This document shows positions 1 through 9,261 of a stretch of DNA of 34,772 nt, piece by piece (the first letter of the stretch is position 1; every line of letters begins with the position of its first letter). The position numbers and the translations under genes are program-made. The DNA comes from Bacteroidales bacterium (GTDB taxonomy: Bacteria > Bacteroidota > Bacteroidia > Bacteroidales > JBKEBB01), in the NCBI GenBank assembly GCA_047972845.1, contig JBKEBB010000092.1:1-34772 (forward strand). The letters run 5' to 3'. The notes under the pieces were generated by a model. That model did no database searches. It was given only the letters and a program-made list of their open reading frames with translations, and had not been told where the DNA came from.

Positions 1-153
1 AATTCAACAGGCGATATTTTGGCGAAAAACAGTTTGACAGATTATTAATCGCCGCTGTCAGATATCCGCCTGACTTCAAATCAAGAATTTACAATAGGAA
101 GAATTGCGGATAATCATTTAATTTAATTCGAATATTGATTCAATGGATTGTAG

Positions 154-161
154 TACCTTTG
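154..161 (+). promoter_or_regulatory. Bacteroidetes sigma -7 element (TACCTTTG) for the glycosylase gene
   Basis: Exact TAnnTTTG match upstream of ATGs at 171 and 210; suggests the ORF-track start at 135 is too early. Confidence 0.55.
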
Positions 162-209
162 CTGCAAACGATGGCGCATTCAAATGTATATTCACAAGCA
201 AATACAAGC

Positions 210-710
210 ATGAATGATAATCCCGACCTCAATTTAAAGAGATCATTTGATCCGATCATCCCTCTGAACAGCAAAATATTAATTCTCGGAACCCTTCCCG
301 GCGATGAGTCTCTCAGACAGTCGCAGTACTACGCCCATCCACGAAATAGATTCTGGCAAGTGATTGCAGCCGTCACCCGAAGCCCTTTTCCTATCAACTA
401 TGAGGAATGTATCGCAATGCTGCATCGAAATGAAATCGCACTTTGGGATGTTGCCCATCGGGCACTGCGGAAAGGAAGCCTTGACAGCGAGATCAAATTA
501 GAAGGACCCAATGATATTGCCTCACTCATCGAGGCACATGGGAATTCACTCCATCGGATTGTCTTTAATGGAAAAGGGGCGGAAAAGCTCTACTCTCGCT
601 ATTTCCCACGCTATCCGCGGATCGACTATTTGTCGATGCCAAGCACAAGTCCCGCCAACGCGGCATTCTCCCTCGAACGGCTATGTGAGCAATGGAGAAC
701 CATTCTCTGA
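210..710 (+). CDS. Uracil-DNA glycosylase superfamily protein, DNA-deoxyinosine glycosylase / Mug-like
   Basis: Motifs ILILGTLPG, YYAHPRNRFW, LWDV, FNG and MPSTSPANA are typical of this UDG family; start placed at ATG 210 (alternatives 171, 135). Confidence 0.85.
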   Translation: MNDNPDLNLKRSFDPIIPLNSKILILGTLPGDESLRQSQYYAHPRNRFWQVIAAVTRSPFPINYEECIAMLHRNEIALWDVAHRALRKGSLDSEIKLEGPNDIASLIEAHGNSLHRIVFNGKGAEKLYSRYFPRYPRIDYLSMPSTSPANAAFSLERLCEQWRTIL

Positions 711-861
711 CTTAAATAGATATTTCTCATCAATTAACTCTTTTACAAACTGACGTAATCATCCGGATTCATCGATATTTCTTCATCCATTTCCAAGAAG
801 GAATAAATTGATTGGAATAGATGACGAGAGTGATTGCTCTTTTCAACGGTATGTATTGGAG

Positions 862-949
862 TTGCGGTGTACACCGGAGCGTTTCGCGGTGTACACCGCG
901 ATCTGTTATCCTGTACACGGGAATGAACTCCCCTGTACACCGCGACACA
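862..949. repeat. Array of four TGTACAC cores with exact 22-bp period (array 1)
   Basis: TGTACAC starts at 868, 890, 912 and 934; unit 2 is a perfect 18-bp palindrome TCGCGGTGTACACCGCGA (884-901). Confidence 0.85.
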
Positions 950-1069
950 AACAAATGCGTACCCATAGACTAATACTATACGTTGAAACAGTTATTGTTG
1001 GCTGACAGATTCGGAAAAAGGAGACTAAACAATCACGTACCCGCGTCTTCATTCGAAAATCGAGAAATT

Positions 1070-1105
1070 AAAAAAGGCTGCTCAACCACGGGTCGAACAG
1101 CCTTT
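1070..1105 (-). terminator. Intrinsic terminator for the minus-strand beta-propeller gene
   Basis: Minus strand AAAGGCTGTTCGACC-CGT-GGTTGAGCAGCC-TTTTTT, a stem with G-U pairs and U-tract about 20 bp past the stop at 1125. Confidence 0.75.
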
Positions 1106-1124
1106 ATATTATATACTATCTCTA

Positions 1125-2390
1125 TTATTTTAAACTAAATGCCATTAACGCCGATCCGTGACGCACATAAAGCACTCCCTTGTGTACCGTAGGATGTGCC
1201 CAATGGGGACCATCGCCTTTAGTAACACGGAAACTGCTTATTAAATCAAATTTCTCAGGAGTAGGGTTCATCAAAGCCAATTCTCCTCGACGCTCTTCGT
1301 ATGCGATTATCTTATCTCCTACCAAAATCACATTCCCTTTGATATGACCGGGCCATTGGGTATTGTAGAGGGTTTTTCCCGTTTTCCAATCAACAGCTAC
1401 CCAGTTTCCGTTGTTGTTTCCAATCCAACTGGCACCATAGAGTGTTCCCTTATGCAGCACGACATGTCCGATATGGGTGTCGAGGTCTTCGTTTTTCCAA
1501 AGAAGTTTCACCGCCGAGGCATCGTTGTTGAGTTCTACCAAACAAGCTCCGAGATCATATCCTTGAGACATGAATATCTTTCCATTGTGATAAATCGGGG
1601 TATTACACGGATTGCGTCTGTCGCTCGCGGGATCGATCAACCAATCGGTAAAAGTCCATGCCAGTTTTCCGGTCTCGAGATCCACTCCTACCATATGAAC
1701 AGCGGTACATGTAACAATCTGCTTCTTTCCGTTGTGGTTAATCAGCAATGGATTTACAAATGCTCCCTTCTCTCCTTCGATCGGAGGAGTTGTCCAAACC
1801 GTTTTTCCTGTAGCGGCATCAAGTGCGACCATATAGGCTTTTTTTCCGGTTGGAGTATAGATCACCTTTCCATCGGCAACAATGGGAGATTCGGAAGTTC
1901 CCCATGTGCCTTGCACCATTTCATACTCTTTTCCGGCATCTCTAAACCATACAATTTTCCCATCAGTGGTATTGATACACACCACTTCACCCATTCCGGT
2001 AATCACATAGGCTTTATCTCCTACGATGGTGGGAGTGGTACGAGCGAATTCAAACGAGGCTTTCCAATTGTTTCCATACTCAACCTGATACAATCGTTTT
2101 CCATCCATCGTGAAAGCGGAGAATACCTCTTTATCTCCTGCCTCATTGAGGCCTGTAATATAGATATGGTTGTTGGCAACAACAGGACTTGAATATCCTT
2201 TTCCCGCGTTGTCAGCCGACCAGAGCTCGGTCAATCCCGCCTCAGGCCATTTTTGCAACATTCCATCTCCGGGGTACACGCCATCACGGTTAGCGCCTCG
2301 CCATCCTTGTTGATTCGGTTGGGCATTCATCGAAACCGGTGCGGCCATCAACAAGGCCGACACAAAAAGAACAAGACTTTTTTTCTTCAT
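1125..2390 (-). CDS. Secreted PQQ-binding-like beta-propeller repeat protein (BamB-like fold), paralog A
   Basis: 421 aa; Sec signal MKKKSLVLFVSALLMAAPVSMNA; WRGANRDG, GYSSPVV, repeated ALD/TGK..W blades, C-terminal GPHWAHP. Confidence 0.85.
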   Translation of the reverse strand: MKKKSLVLFVSALLMAAPVSMNAQPNQQGWRGANRDGVYPGDGMLQKWPEAGLTELWSADNAGKGYSSPVVANNHIYITGLNEAGDKEVFSAFTMDGKRLYQVEYGNNWKASFEFARTTPTIVGDKAYVITGMGEVVCINTTDGKIVWFRDAGKEYEMVQGTWGTSESPIVADGKVIYTPTGKKAYMVALDAATGKTVWTTPPIEGEKGAFVNPLLINHNGKKQIVTCTAVHMVGVDLETGKLAWTFTDWLIDPASDRRNPCNTPIYHNGKIFMSQGYDLGACLVELNNDASAVKLLWKNEDLDTHIGHVVLHKGTLYGASWIGNNNGNWVAVDWKTGKTLYNTQWPGHIKGNVILVGDKIIAYEERRGELALMNPTPEKFDLISSFRVTKGDGPHWAHPTVHKGVLYVRHGSALMAFSLK

Positions 2391-2442
2391 TGTGGTTAAA
2401 TTATTGTTAGTAATTTGTTTCAGATAAGATCGAATTGAATTA

Positions 2443-2450
2443 CAAAAGTA
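2443..2450 (-). promoter_or_regulatory. -7 promoter element TACTTTTG for the 2390 gene
   Basis: CAAAAGTA on + strand equals TAnnTTTG on - strand, about 50 bp upstream of the start codon. Confidence 0.55.
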
Positions 2451-2499
2451 GAGGAATCATATTATTCCCAAATGTACACTTATCTGTTTTCTCAAAATA

Positions 2500-3771
2500 T
2501 CATTTCTTAATATTGAAAGCCATCAACGCCTCACCATGCCGTATATACATGATCCCCTTATGTACAATCGGGTGTGCCCAATGGGGACCATCGCCTTTGG
2601 TGATCCGAAATTGACTAACTATATCGAATTTCTCCCGGCTGGGACGAACCAATGCGACGGTTCCTCTCCTCTCTTCATAGGCGATAAGGTGGTTGCCAGC
2701 TGAAATAATGCAGCCCTTACCTCGTCCTTCCCATGGGGTTTCATACAACGTTTTTCCTGTATTCCAATCCACTGCCATCCAGTTTCCGCCTGTGTTGGTG
2801 GTCCAGTTTGATCCGTACAACGTTTCGTTGACTAAAACATATCCACCGTGATGCACATCGAACTCTTTATTCTTCCAGATCTGTTTGGCAGAAGAGGAGG
2901 ACTCATCGAGGGAATACTTCCATCCTCCACCATCATAGCCGTCAGAAAAAAACAAACTTCCATTCTCATAAATAGGCGAATTACATAATGCGATATCACG
3001 GGTGACATCCTCGGTGAGCCATTCGTTGGTTCTCCACATTATTATTCCTGTTTTTATATCAATGCCCAACAAATCAAAAAATACAACGGCTACAATCTGT
3101 ACCTTTCCCTTATGTTCAATCAAAGCAGGCGACGTAAAGGAGCATTTCGCATCATCAATCGGAGGTGTAGTCCAAATCTCCTTCCCTGTCAGCGCATCAA
3201 GCGCTACCATTGTTGCTTTTTCACCTACCGGAGTAACGATTACTTTATTGTCATACACAATAGGAGCCTCGGAAGTCCCAAAAGGGGCTTGACGAGTTTG
3301 ATACACCTTGCCCACACGTACACTCCATTCGATGGTTCCGGTCGCAACATTGATACATGCCACATCGCAATTTCCACTCACAACATACGCCCTTCCGTTA
3401 GCGATGGTAGGACAACAGCGGGCATGTGTATAGTTCTTACTCCAAGGTTCACCATATTCCACAGCCCATCTCTTTTTTCCGTCGAGTGTGTATGCGGATA
3501 GCTTCTCTTTATCTCCGACTTCGTTAAGTCCCGTTACAAAAACCATATTTTCGGCAACTGTAGGACTGGAATATCCCTTACCCGCGTCGTCGATACTCCA
3601 CAATTCAACCGGCCCTTCGGCAGGCCACTCATCGAGTAATCCCTTCTCGTTAAAGATACCGTTTCTGAATGCTCCTCGAAATCCGTTTTGGGGTGGAAGC
3701 GCTTGAATAGAGACAAAGGATGATATAAGACTGAGCATAATACATACGCTCAGATAACGAAGTGTTTTCAT
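2500..3771 (-). CDS. Secreted PQQ-binding-like beta-propeller repeat protein, paralog B
   Basis: Collinear with paralog A (GKGYSSP, GTSE.PI, AYEERRG, TKGDGPHWAHP); ATG at 3771 gives a signal peptide MKTLRYLSVCIMLSLISSFVSIQA, preferred over TTG at 3819. Confidence 0.85.
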   Translation of the reverse strand: MKTLRYLSVCIMLSLISSFVSIQALPPQNGFRGAFRNGIFNEKGLLDEWPAEGPVELWSIDDAGKGYSSPTVAENMVFVTGLNEVGDKEKLSAYTLDGKKRWAVEYGEPWSKNYTHARCCPTIANGRAYVVSGNCDVACINVATGTIEWSVRVGKVYQTRQAPFGTSEAPIVYDNKVIVTPVGEKATMVALDALTGKEIWTTPPIDDAKCSFTSPALIEHKGKVQIVAVVFFDLLGIDIKTGIIMWRTNEWLTEDVTRDIALCNSPIYENGSLFFSDGYDGGGWKYSLDESSSSAKQIWKNKEFDVHHGGYVLVNETLYGSNWTTNTGGNWMAVDWNTGKTLYETPWEGRGKGCIISAGNHLIAYEERRGTVALVRPSREKFDIVSQFRITKGDGPHWAHPIVHKGIMYIRHGEALMAFNIKK

Positions 3772-3882
3772 TAATGGAGTATTAATAGTTGCTTGTATAG
3801 AACTGGTTTCAGTATGCAAATAAACAAAATAATCTGATAATTCCTATCAATATGATCGAATTTAATATCAACTGTCGTCAGA

Positions 3883-5145
3883 TTATAACAAAGATTGATA
3901 CAAATCGAGGAGTTGCTTTGTCGTAAGCTCATCATTGTATCGTTTCTCGGAGAGTTCGCGGGCATTCTGCCGGCATTGCTCCATCAATGCGTCGTCGGCA
4001 AAAAATCGTTGAATTGCATCGGTCAACGCGTCAACTGAATTCGGACTATAGAGAATGCCGGCATTCTCAATCATTTCGGGGAACGACCCCGTTGCCGGTT
4101 CGATTGCCGGAACTCCCGCGGCAAAGGCTTCACACAAATAGAATCCGGCCGCCTCATCGAACGTTACCGGAACGGCCAAAACCGAAATCCTTTTATAAAA
4201 CGAGACATGGATGGAGGGATGATATTTGGTCTCGATAGTTACATCATCGGCAAAATCGGATAACCGTTCAGCCATCTCTTCAACAAAGCGAATATCGCTT
4301 TTCGAGTATCCTCCGGCAGCAAGAAGTTTTAGGTTGGGAATTGAGCCTTCCCTTTTCACTTTCAAGAATGCCTCAACCAACAAATCAAATCCGTCGAGAC
4401 TGTTCATTCGATAGAAGAAACCGATGGTGGGCGCGTCAGGTAATACGTCCGAAGAATAATCAGATAGATGAACTCCGGGGTATATTACATCGATGGAATC
4501 GGCTATTTTCAACTTCTGAGTCATATAGTCACTATAAAAATGACTAAAAGTGGTAAGCTTGCTCACATAACTCAAATTCCGACGAATTCCATCCCACGCC
4601 TTCTCTTTATAACCCGACTGCATGGTATCTATCCACACGTGCTCATCTTGCAGGGTACAGACAACGGGAATATTCAATTCTTCTCGGATTGAACGGGCAA
4701 TTCCAATCAACAATGCATTGGAAAGGTGAACCACATCGGGCAGACCATCAGTACGAATAAAGTCGATAAGCTTGCGTGCCTCGGATTGAAAAAGAGGATC
4801 ATCACCATAGATCATCGAAAGGGTAATATCTTCGAGTCCGACAGACGAGGTGGTGCCTGAAAGTGAAGAGGCTTGTTTAAGAATGGATTTATGATTCAAC
4901 ATACGATTGAGCCAATTCGGGAGTTTCCGCTTGCCAAACCATTTGGTCGCGATATAATAAGAGACGGCTCCAAAGAATGTAGGGATGTTATTCGAATCGC
5001 AATACGAATCAACAGGAAGATAAAGCGGCATGAAAACCACTTCGTGGCCATGTCGGCGCAATGCTTGTGCGTGAAGGTTGTCGCGAAAGCAGTTGCAGCA
5101 ATAGAATGCGTCGCCTGATCCGGCAGCTATGAAAAGTATCTTCAT
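3883..5145 (-). CDS. Glycosyltransferase family 4 (GT-B fold)
   Basis: MKILFI start, PDVVHLSN, YPGV, C-terminal EAAGFYLCEAFAAGVP (E-x7-E) motif. Confidence 0.85.
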   Translation of the reverse strand: MKILFIAAGSGDAFYCCNCFRDNLHAQALRRHGHEVVFMPLYLPVDSYCDSNNIPTFFGAVSYYIATKWFGKRKLPNWLNRMLNHKSILKQASSLSGTTSSVGLEDITLSMIYGDDPLFQSEARKLIDFIRTDGLPDVVHLSNALLIGIARSIREELNIPVVCTLQDEHVWIDTMQSGYKEKAWDGIRRNLSYVSKLTTFSHFYSDYMTQKLKIADSIDVIYPGVHLSDYSSDVLPDAPTIGFFYRMNSLDGFDLLVEAFLKVKREGSIPNLKLLAAGGYSKSDIRFVEEMAERLSDFADDVTIETKYHPSIHVSFYKRISVLAVPVTFDEAAGFYLCEAFAAGVPAIEPATGSFPEMIENAGILYSPNSVDALTDAIQRFFADDALMEQCRQNARELSEKRYNDELTTKQLLDLYQSLL

Positions 5146-5182
5146 ACAATGAACTTTCTTATTACGGATTGCACTATTGTTC

Positions 5183-8100
5183 TTAATTATTCAAACTCTT
5201 TCTTATCTCCTCCTTAATATAGTAGATCAACAATACCACGAAGATTAATCCAAGCCCCACCGCAAGACCCCACAATCCGGAGTCCACATTCTTTATTCCC
5301 GCTCCAAGAGATAGGATTGAGAGAAGAATACCTGATAGAATAGCATACAGAGGAATGATTATGTTTTGACGATAGAGCAGCGAGGTGATGCGTTGATCAG
5401 AATAGCCCAACGATCGATAAAGAGTGATCTCAGCTTGTCGCATCACCAGATTCTTACGAACCACCACCACAAAGGCGATGATTCCTATCAACAGTCCCAA
5501 TCCGCCAAGAGTCATAAATATTGACAAATAGGTATCAGTTACACTATTGAATGCAGCCAACCGCTCAACCGTAGGCTGTACCGTGATGCCATAGTTATAG
5601 AGGGATGTTTCGAGTAGTCGCACCGTCTCTGCAGAGTCCTCAGAGGGAGTCTTCAGAAGAAAAAGGGTACTCCCGGTGGTTTCAGGGAACAATTTACGGA
5701 AAGAATCGATGGGCATGAGCATATTCCCTTGAAAGATACTGTTGGAAAGGGAGGCCACAATCAGTATAACCACCTTCTTGTCCTCTGAAATGGAATAATG
5801 AATGGTATCACCAACTTGTTTGAAAAGACTCCATTGTAAAACCGTTTGATCCACAACCACAGGTAAATAGGTCGAGTCTCTCCGTATTGCCAAGGAGATC
5901 TCCTCTTTTACCTCCATATCATCGGTTGCAGGATGAAGAACAAAGGGATTATTGAAGAGCACATCATAATCGATTCCAATTATAGACGGATGCTGGGGCT
6001 TATTTAGATTCAAACAACTGGCATCGTCCGCTTGATGACGCAACAACTGAACAATTGATGTACTCGCCTCCAACTCCTTTAATCCTAACTTTTCTCGTCC
6101 TTCCAAAGTAGTGAGAGAGTGATACACCGGAACAGTGGTTTCGCACCAATGGGTGAATGATCCTGTTGCGACTGTATGTTTTCCGGCAGTTGAATAATCC
6201 GAGCGATGCAAACCAACCATAAACACAACCATCACTCCCAGAAGAAGAGTTATAAACGAGGTTATAGCTCCTGTTTTATCAAATAAGATGGTTTGTTTGA
6301 TAAGAGTCGACAATGTAAATTCTGACTTCTTATTGGAGATCCGAAATACATTCGGTTTGGAATGTTTGATCTTTTCGGGGGAACGAAGAGAGAACCATTG
6401 CACCGCGACTGAAACAACAAGAGAGATTCCCCCTCCCAATACTAAAGCCTGAGGAGAAAACGACAACGTCAGGTTGTCGGCATGAGTAGCTCCCTGCCAA
6501 AGAGAACCAAGCAGCCAAAGGATTAATTGGGTATAAACAACCCCTCCAACCACTCCCAATCCAACACCCAAAAGAAGTGTGGGAATCGACTCTCGGAAAA
6601 GAAGCTTACGAATGCAGGCATTAGTAAATCCAACGGATTGTAGCAATTCAAACTCCTTTTTTCTGCGAAGCATCATCTCTTTAATCGGCAATGCCATCAA
6701 TAACAAAGCGGCAAGAATAATAAAAAAGCCCAATGAGAGAAACAGCGAGGAGAAATCTACCCCATCGCGTGCTGCACTGAAAGCGGCATCACGGGGATAA
6801 ACCACCTGAAGACCGAACATATCAAAGGCAGCTTGCTGTTCGATGGTCCGTTCAACCTCTTCAGCCGATTGGGTTGGAATTCGCACCGAAGTGGCCGATC
6901 CATATATATTGCTCCAAAGCGAATCCACTGCACTGTACGCGATCAATGCCTTAGGTGTAGTTCGGTAGAGATCCCAATAACGTTCGTCTTCCTTCGTTAT
7001 CCGTTTCATATTGATGGGAAGATCACTATTCCAATCGGTACAACTCTCTACATCCGATAATCCGGGAAATTGAGCACTGAGAGCAGTATCGCGTTGTAAA
7101 GTGGCAAGCGGAATAATTCCTCCTACTACCAAATCGATTTTCTCTTCTTTGAGTACCTTCATCGCCTCCGAAACGAAGAACGTGATGGTGACAGTATCGC
7201 CCACACATGCTTTCATTCGTTGGGCGGAATAGTCGGACAGAAGAATTTCATTGGAGCGAAGTGTAGTGCCGTTATACCGATCGAGAGCCGTTGCGAAAGA
7301 GTAGGGAATATGAGTGAGTGAATCTCCAGAAACATTCGATTTCAACGATAGATTGTTTACCAAATAAGAGAATAAACGATTGGCATTCGATTCGCTACGA
7401 AGTGCAAGATCAACTAAGGGTTTGGAAAGAAAAACACGATCTGAATGTATGGAAGTCTCCTCTCCTTCGGGCAGCCTCGAATAGTGCAATCCCATCGTCT
7501 TGGGAGACCACACCGAACGGATTGAATCAATAGGCAGAAGACGCGGATGAAGAATCAGATTGATCTTACCGGGTACTTCCAATGCCTCTTCGAGATCTTT
7601 TCTATTAACAAACAGATTAAGGGGAGTTGTTTGTTGGTTGGCAAGCAGTAGGTTTCCGCCCTCCTTCCGATCCAATGTACGTCGAAAAGTCAAACGGAGC
7701 GAGGTGGTATATACATCGGTAACAAAAAGTGAGCCGGAAGGAACCAATCCGTTTGCAGGAAGTCGAAGAACAATCTCAGCTCCTTCATTGGCCGAGAGTT
7801 CGTCAGACAATCGTTCGTTCATGACCACTTCTCCACGAGGAATATCCATATCGTCAAAACCCCATACCATTACCGGGATCATCCGTCCGTTGTTGGGAAC
7901 AAACCCTTGACTCAACAGCACCCCTCTACCCTCTCCTCCAAAAAGGGGATTATTGAGAAAATCACTATTCATCATTGGACCCGAAGCGACAATCACCGTT
8001 TCGGTATCACCCAACCGTTCGTGTGCTTTTCGTTCGAGTGTTCCTCTCACCGAATCTCCAATCAGAAGACTCCCTGTAAGCACAGAGGTTACTATAACGG

Positions 8101-8203
8101 CTGCGATGAGAATCAACCGATGAAAAGGGCGATAATATTGTTTTGAGGCAAGGTTTAACTTCCCACGGGTAAATAGTCTCTCTTTCATCTCTACTATGTT
8201 CAA
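5183..8203 (-). CDS. Large ABC transporter permease, FtsX/MacB-type, duplicated architecture
   Basis: 1006 aa; N-terminal TM followed by GSLLIGDSVR; two FtsX-like TM clusters followed by RRKKEFELLQSVGF and RQAEITLYRSLGY. Confidence 0.85.
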   Translation of the reverse strand: MNIVEMKERLFTRGKLNLASKQYYRPFHRLILIAAVIVTSVLTGSLLIGDSVRGTLERKAHERLGDTETVIVASGPMMNSDFLNNPLFGGEGRGVLLSQGFVPNNGRMIPVMVWGFDDMDIPRGEVVMNERLSDELSANEGAEIVLRLPANGLVPSGSLFVTDVYTTSLRLTFRRTLDRKEGGNLLLANQQTTPLNLFVNRKDLEEALEVPGKINLILHPRLLPIDSIRSVWSPKTMGLHYSRLPEGEETSIHSDRVFLSKPLVDLALRSESNANRLFSYLVNNLSLKSNVSGDSLTHIPYSFATALDRYNGTTLRSNEILLSDYSAQRMKACVGDTVTITFFVSEAMKVLKEEKIDLVVGGIIPLATLQRDTALSAQFPGLSDVESCTDWNSDLPINMKRITKEDERYWDLYRTTPKALIAYSAVDSLWSNIYGSATSVRIPTQSAEEVERTIEQQAAFDMFGLQVVYPRDAAFSAARDGVDFSSLFLSLGFFIILAALLLMALPIKEMMLRRKKEFELLQSVGFTNACIRKLLFRESIPTLLLGVGLGVVGGVVYTQLILWLLGSLWQGATHADNLTLSFSPQALVLGGGISLVVSVAVQWFSLRSPEKIKHSKPNVFRISNKKSEFTLSTLIKQTILFDKTGAITSFITLLLGVMVVFMVGLHRSDYSTAGKHTVATGSFTHWCETTVPVYHSLTTLEGREKLGLKELEASTSIVQLLRHQADDASCLNLNKPQHPSIIGIDYDVLFNNPFVLHPATDDMEVKEEISLAIRRDSTYLPVVVDQTVLQWSLFKQVGDTIHYSISEDKKVVILIVASLSNSIFQGNMLMPIDSFRKLFPETTGSTLFLLKTPSEDSAETVRLLETSLYNYGITVQPTVERLAAFNSVTDTYLSIFMTLGGLGLLIGIIAFVVVVRKNLVMRQAEITLYRSLGYSDQRITSLLYRQNIIIPLYAILSGILLSILSLGAGIKNVDSGLWGLAVGLGLIFVVLLIYYIKEEIRKSLNN

Positions 8204-8208
8204 TCCAA

Positions 8209-8874
8209 TTATTTCAAAACTCCATCTGCCAAGTTATATATCCGATCCGCCACTGAAGACACCTCATCGGAGTGACTAACCATCACAATGGCCACATGCT
8301 CTTCCTTCGACATCTGATGCAACAATCGTGCAATGATAAGCGCATTCTCCCGATCAAGTTGTCCAGTCGGTTCATCGGCGAGTACCGCCTTAGGCTTCAT
8401 AATTAACGCTCTGCACAATGCCACCCGTTGCGACTCACCCCCCGAAAGGGTCGAAGGCATTCGTGAAGAATCAACTGCTAATCCTACACGCTGAAGCAGA
8501 GAATGAGCTCGAATGACCTCCTCATCGGTAGATCGGTCCGAAAAAGCCAATGTGGGCAAAAGAATATTTTGGAGAATCGGTAACTGAGGAAGCAACCGAT
8601 GATCTTGAAACACAAAACCGATGGATTGATTGCGAAAACGGGAATAGTCAACACCCGGAATATCGATCTCCTTTTCATCGAACAGATAACGCCCCTTGTC
8701 CGGATATAATTGCGTTCCGAGAATATTCAGTAGAGTGGATTTGCCACTTCCCGAAGGACCTTTAATCGCCACCATCTCTCCCCTCTCAACATGAAGATCT
8801 ACTCCTCGTAAGACTTTATTCACTCTCTCCTCACCATCTGAGAATTGTTTGGTAATACCCGATAACCGTATCAT
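8209..8874 (-). CDS. ABC transporter ATP-binding protein (LolD/MacB-like)
   Basis: Walker A GPSGSGKST, GFVFQ Q-loop, LSGGE signature, Walker B LADEPTG, H-switch VSH. Confidence 0.95.
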   Translation of the reverse strand: MIRLSGITKQFSDGEERVNKVLRGVDLHVERGEMVAIKGPSGSGKSTLLNILGTQLYPDKGRYLFDEKEIDIPGVDYSRFRNQSIGFVFQDHRLLPQLPILQNILLPTLAFSDRSTDEEVIRAHSLLQRVGLAVDSSRMPSTLSGGESQRVALCRALIMKPKAVLADEPTGQLDRENALIIARLLHQMSKEEHVAIVMVSHSDEVSSVADRIYNLADGVLK

Positions 8875-9261
8875 AGATTTGAGATTAATTGAACATATTC
8901 ATTCAGGTGTAAAGATAGTAAGTAATTGGTTATTTGAAGGCTACTCTACCAAACAATTAGTTAAATTGTTAACCATACAGAAGGGCAAGTAATGTTTGGG
9001 CAGATGTTTTTCAACACTTTTTAGAGGTTAATGATTCTCGACAAAGAGTTGTTTTGTTTATTTAACTACAATCTTTCTAAACGTTGAGGCATCGCATGCG
9101 ATTAATTTGCTATATTTCGGCACTAATAGATCGCGATTCCTCGAAAGAAACGATATCATTACCCCTCTTTCATTTCATAAATCATCCGGAAAGAATGAGG
9201 GCATTGTTTCGTTTCATATTGTCATTTCTTGAAATTTATTAACCGTTCAGCCGATTTTGAT

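Noticed and set aside
1-113. Possible 3' end of an upstream gene
   Set aside because: Two + frames are open to stops at about 48 and 113; too short to decide frame or product
862-949. TGTACAC arrays (also 15506-15593) as mini-CRISPR arrays
   Set aside because: The conserved core is only 7-9 bp and the linkers 15 bp, far below CRISPR repeat and spacer sizes; no cas genes are in the window
743-1005. Three overlapping 65-aa ORFs across array 1
   Set aside because: Mutually overlapping and with no motif; the 22-bp period is not a multiple of 3, so they are probably by-products of the repeat
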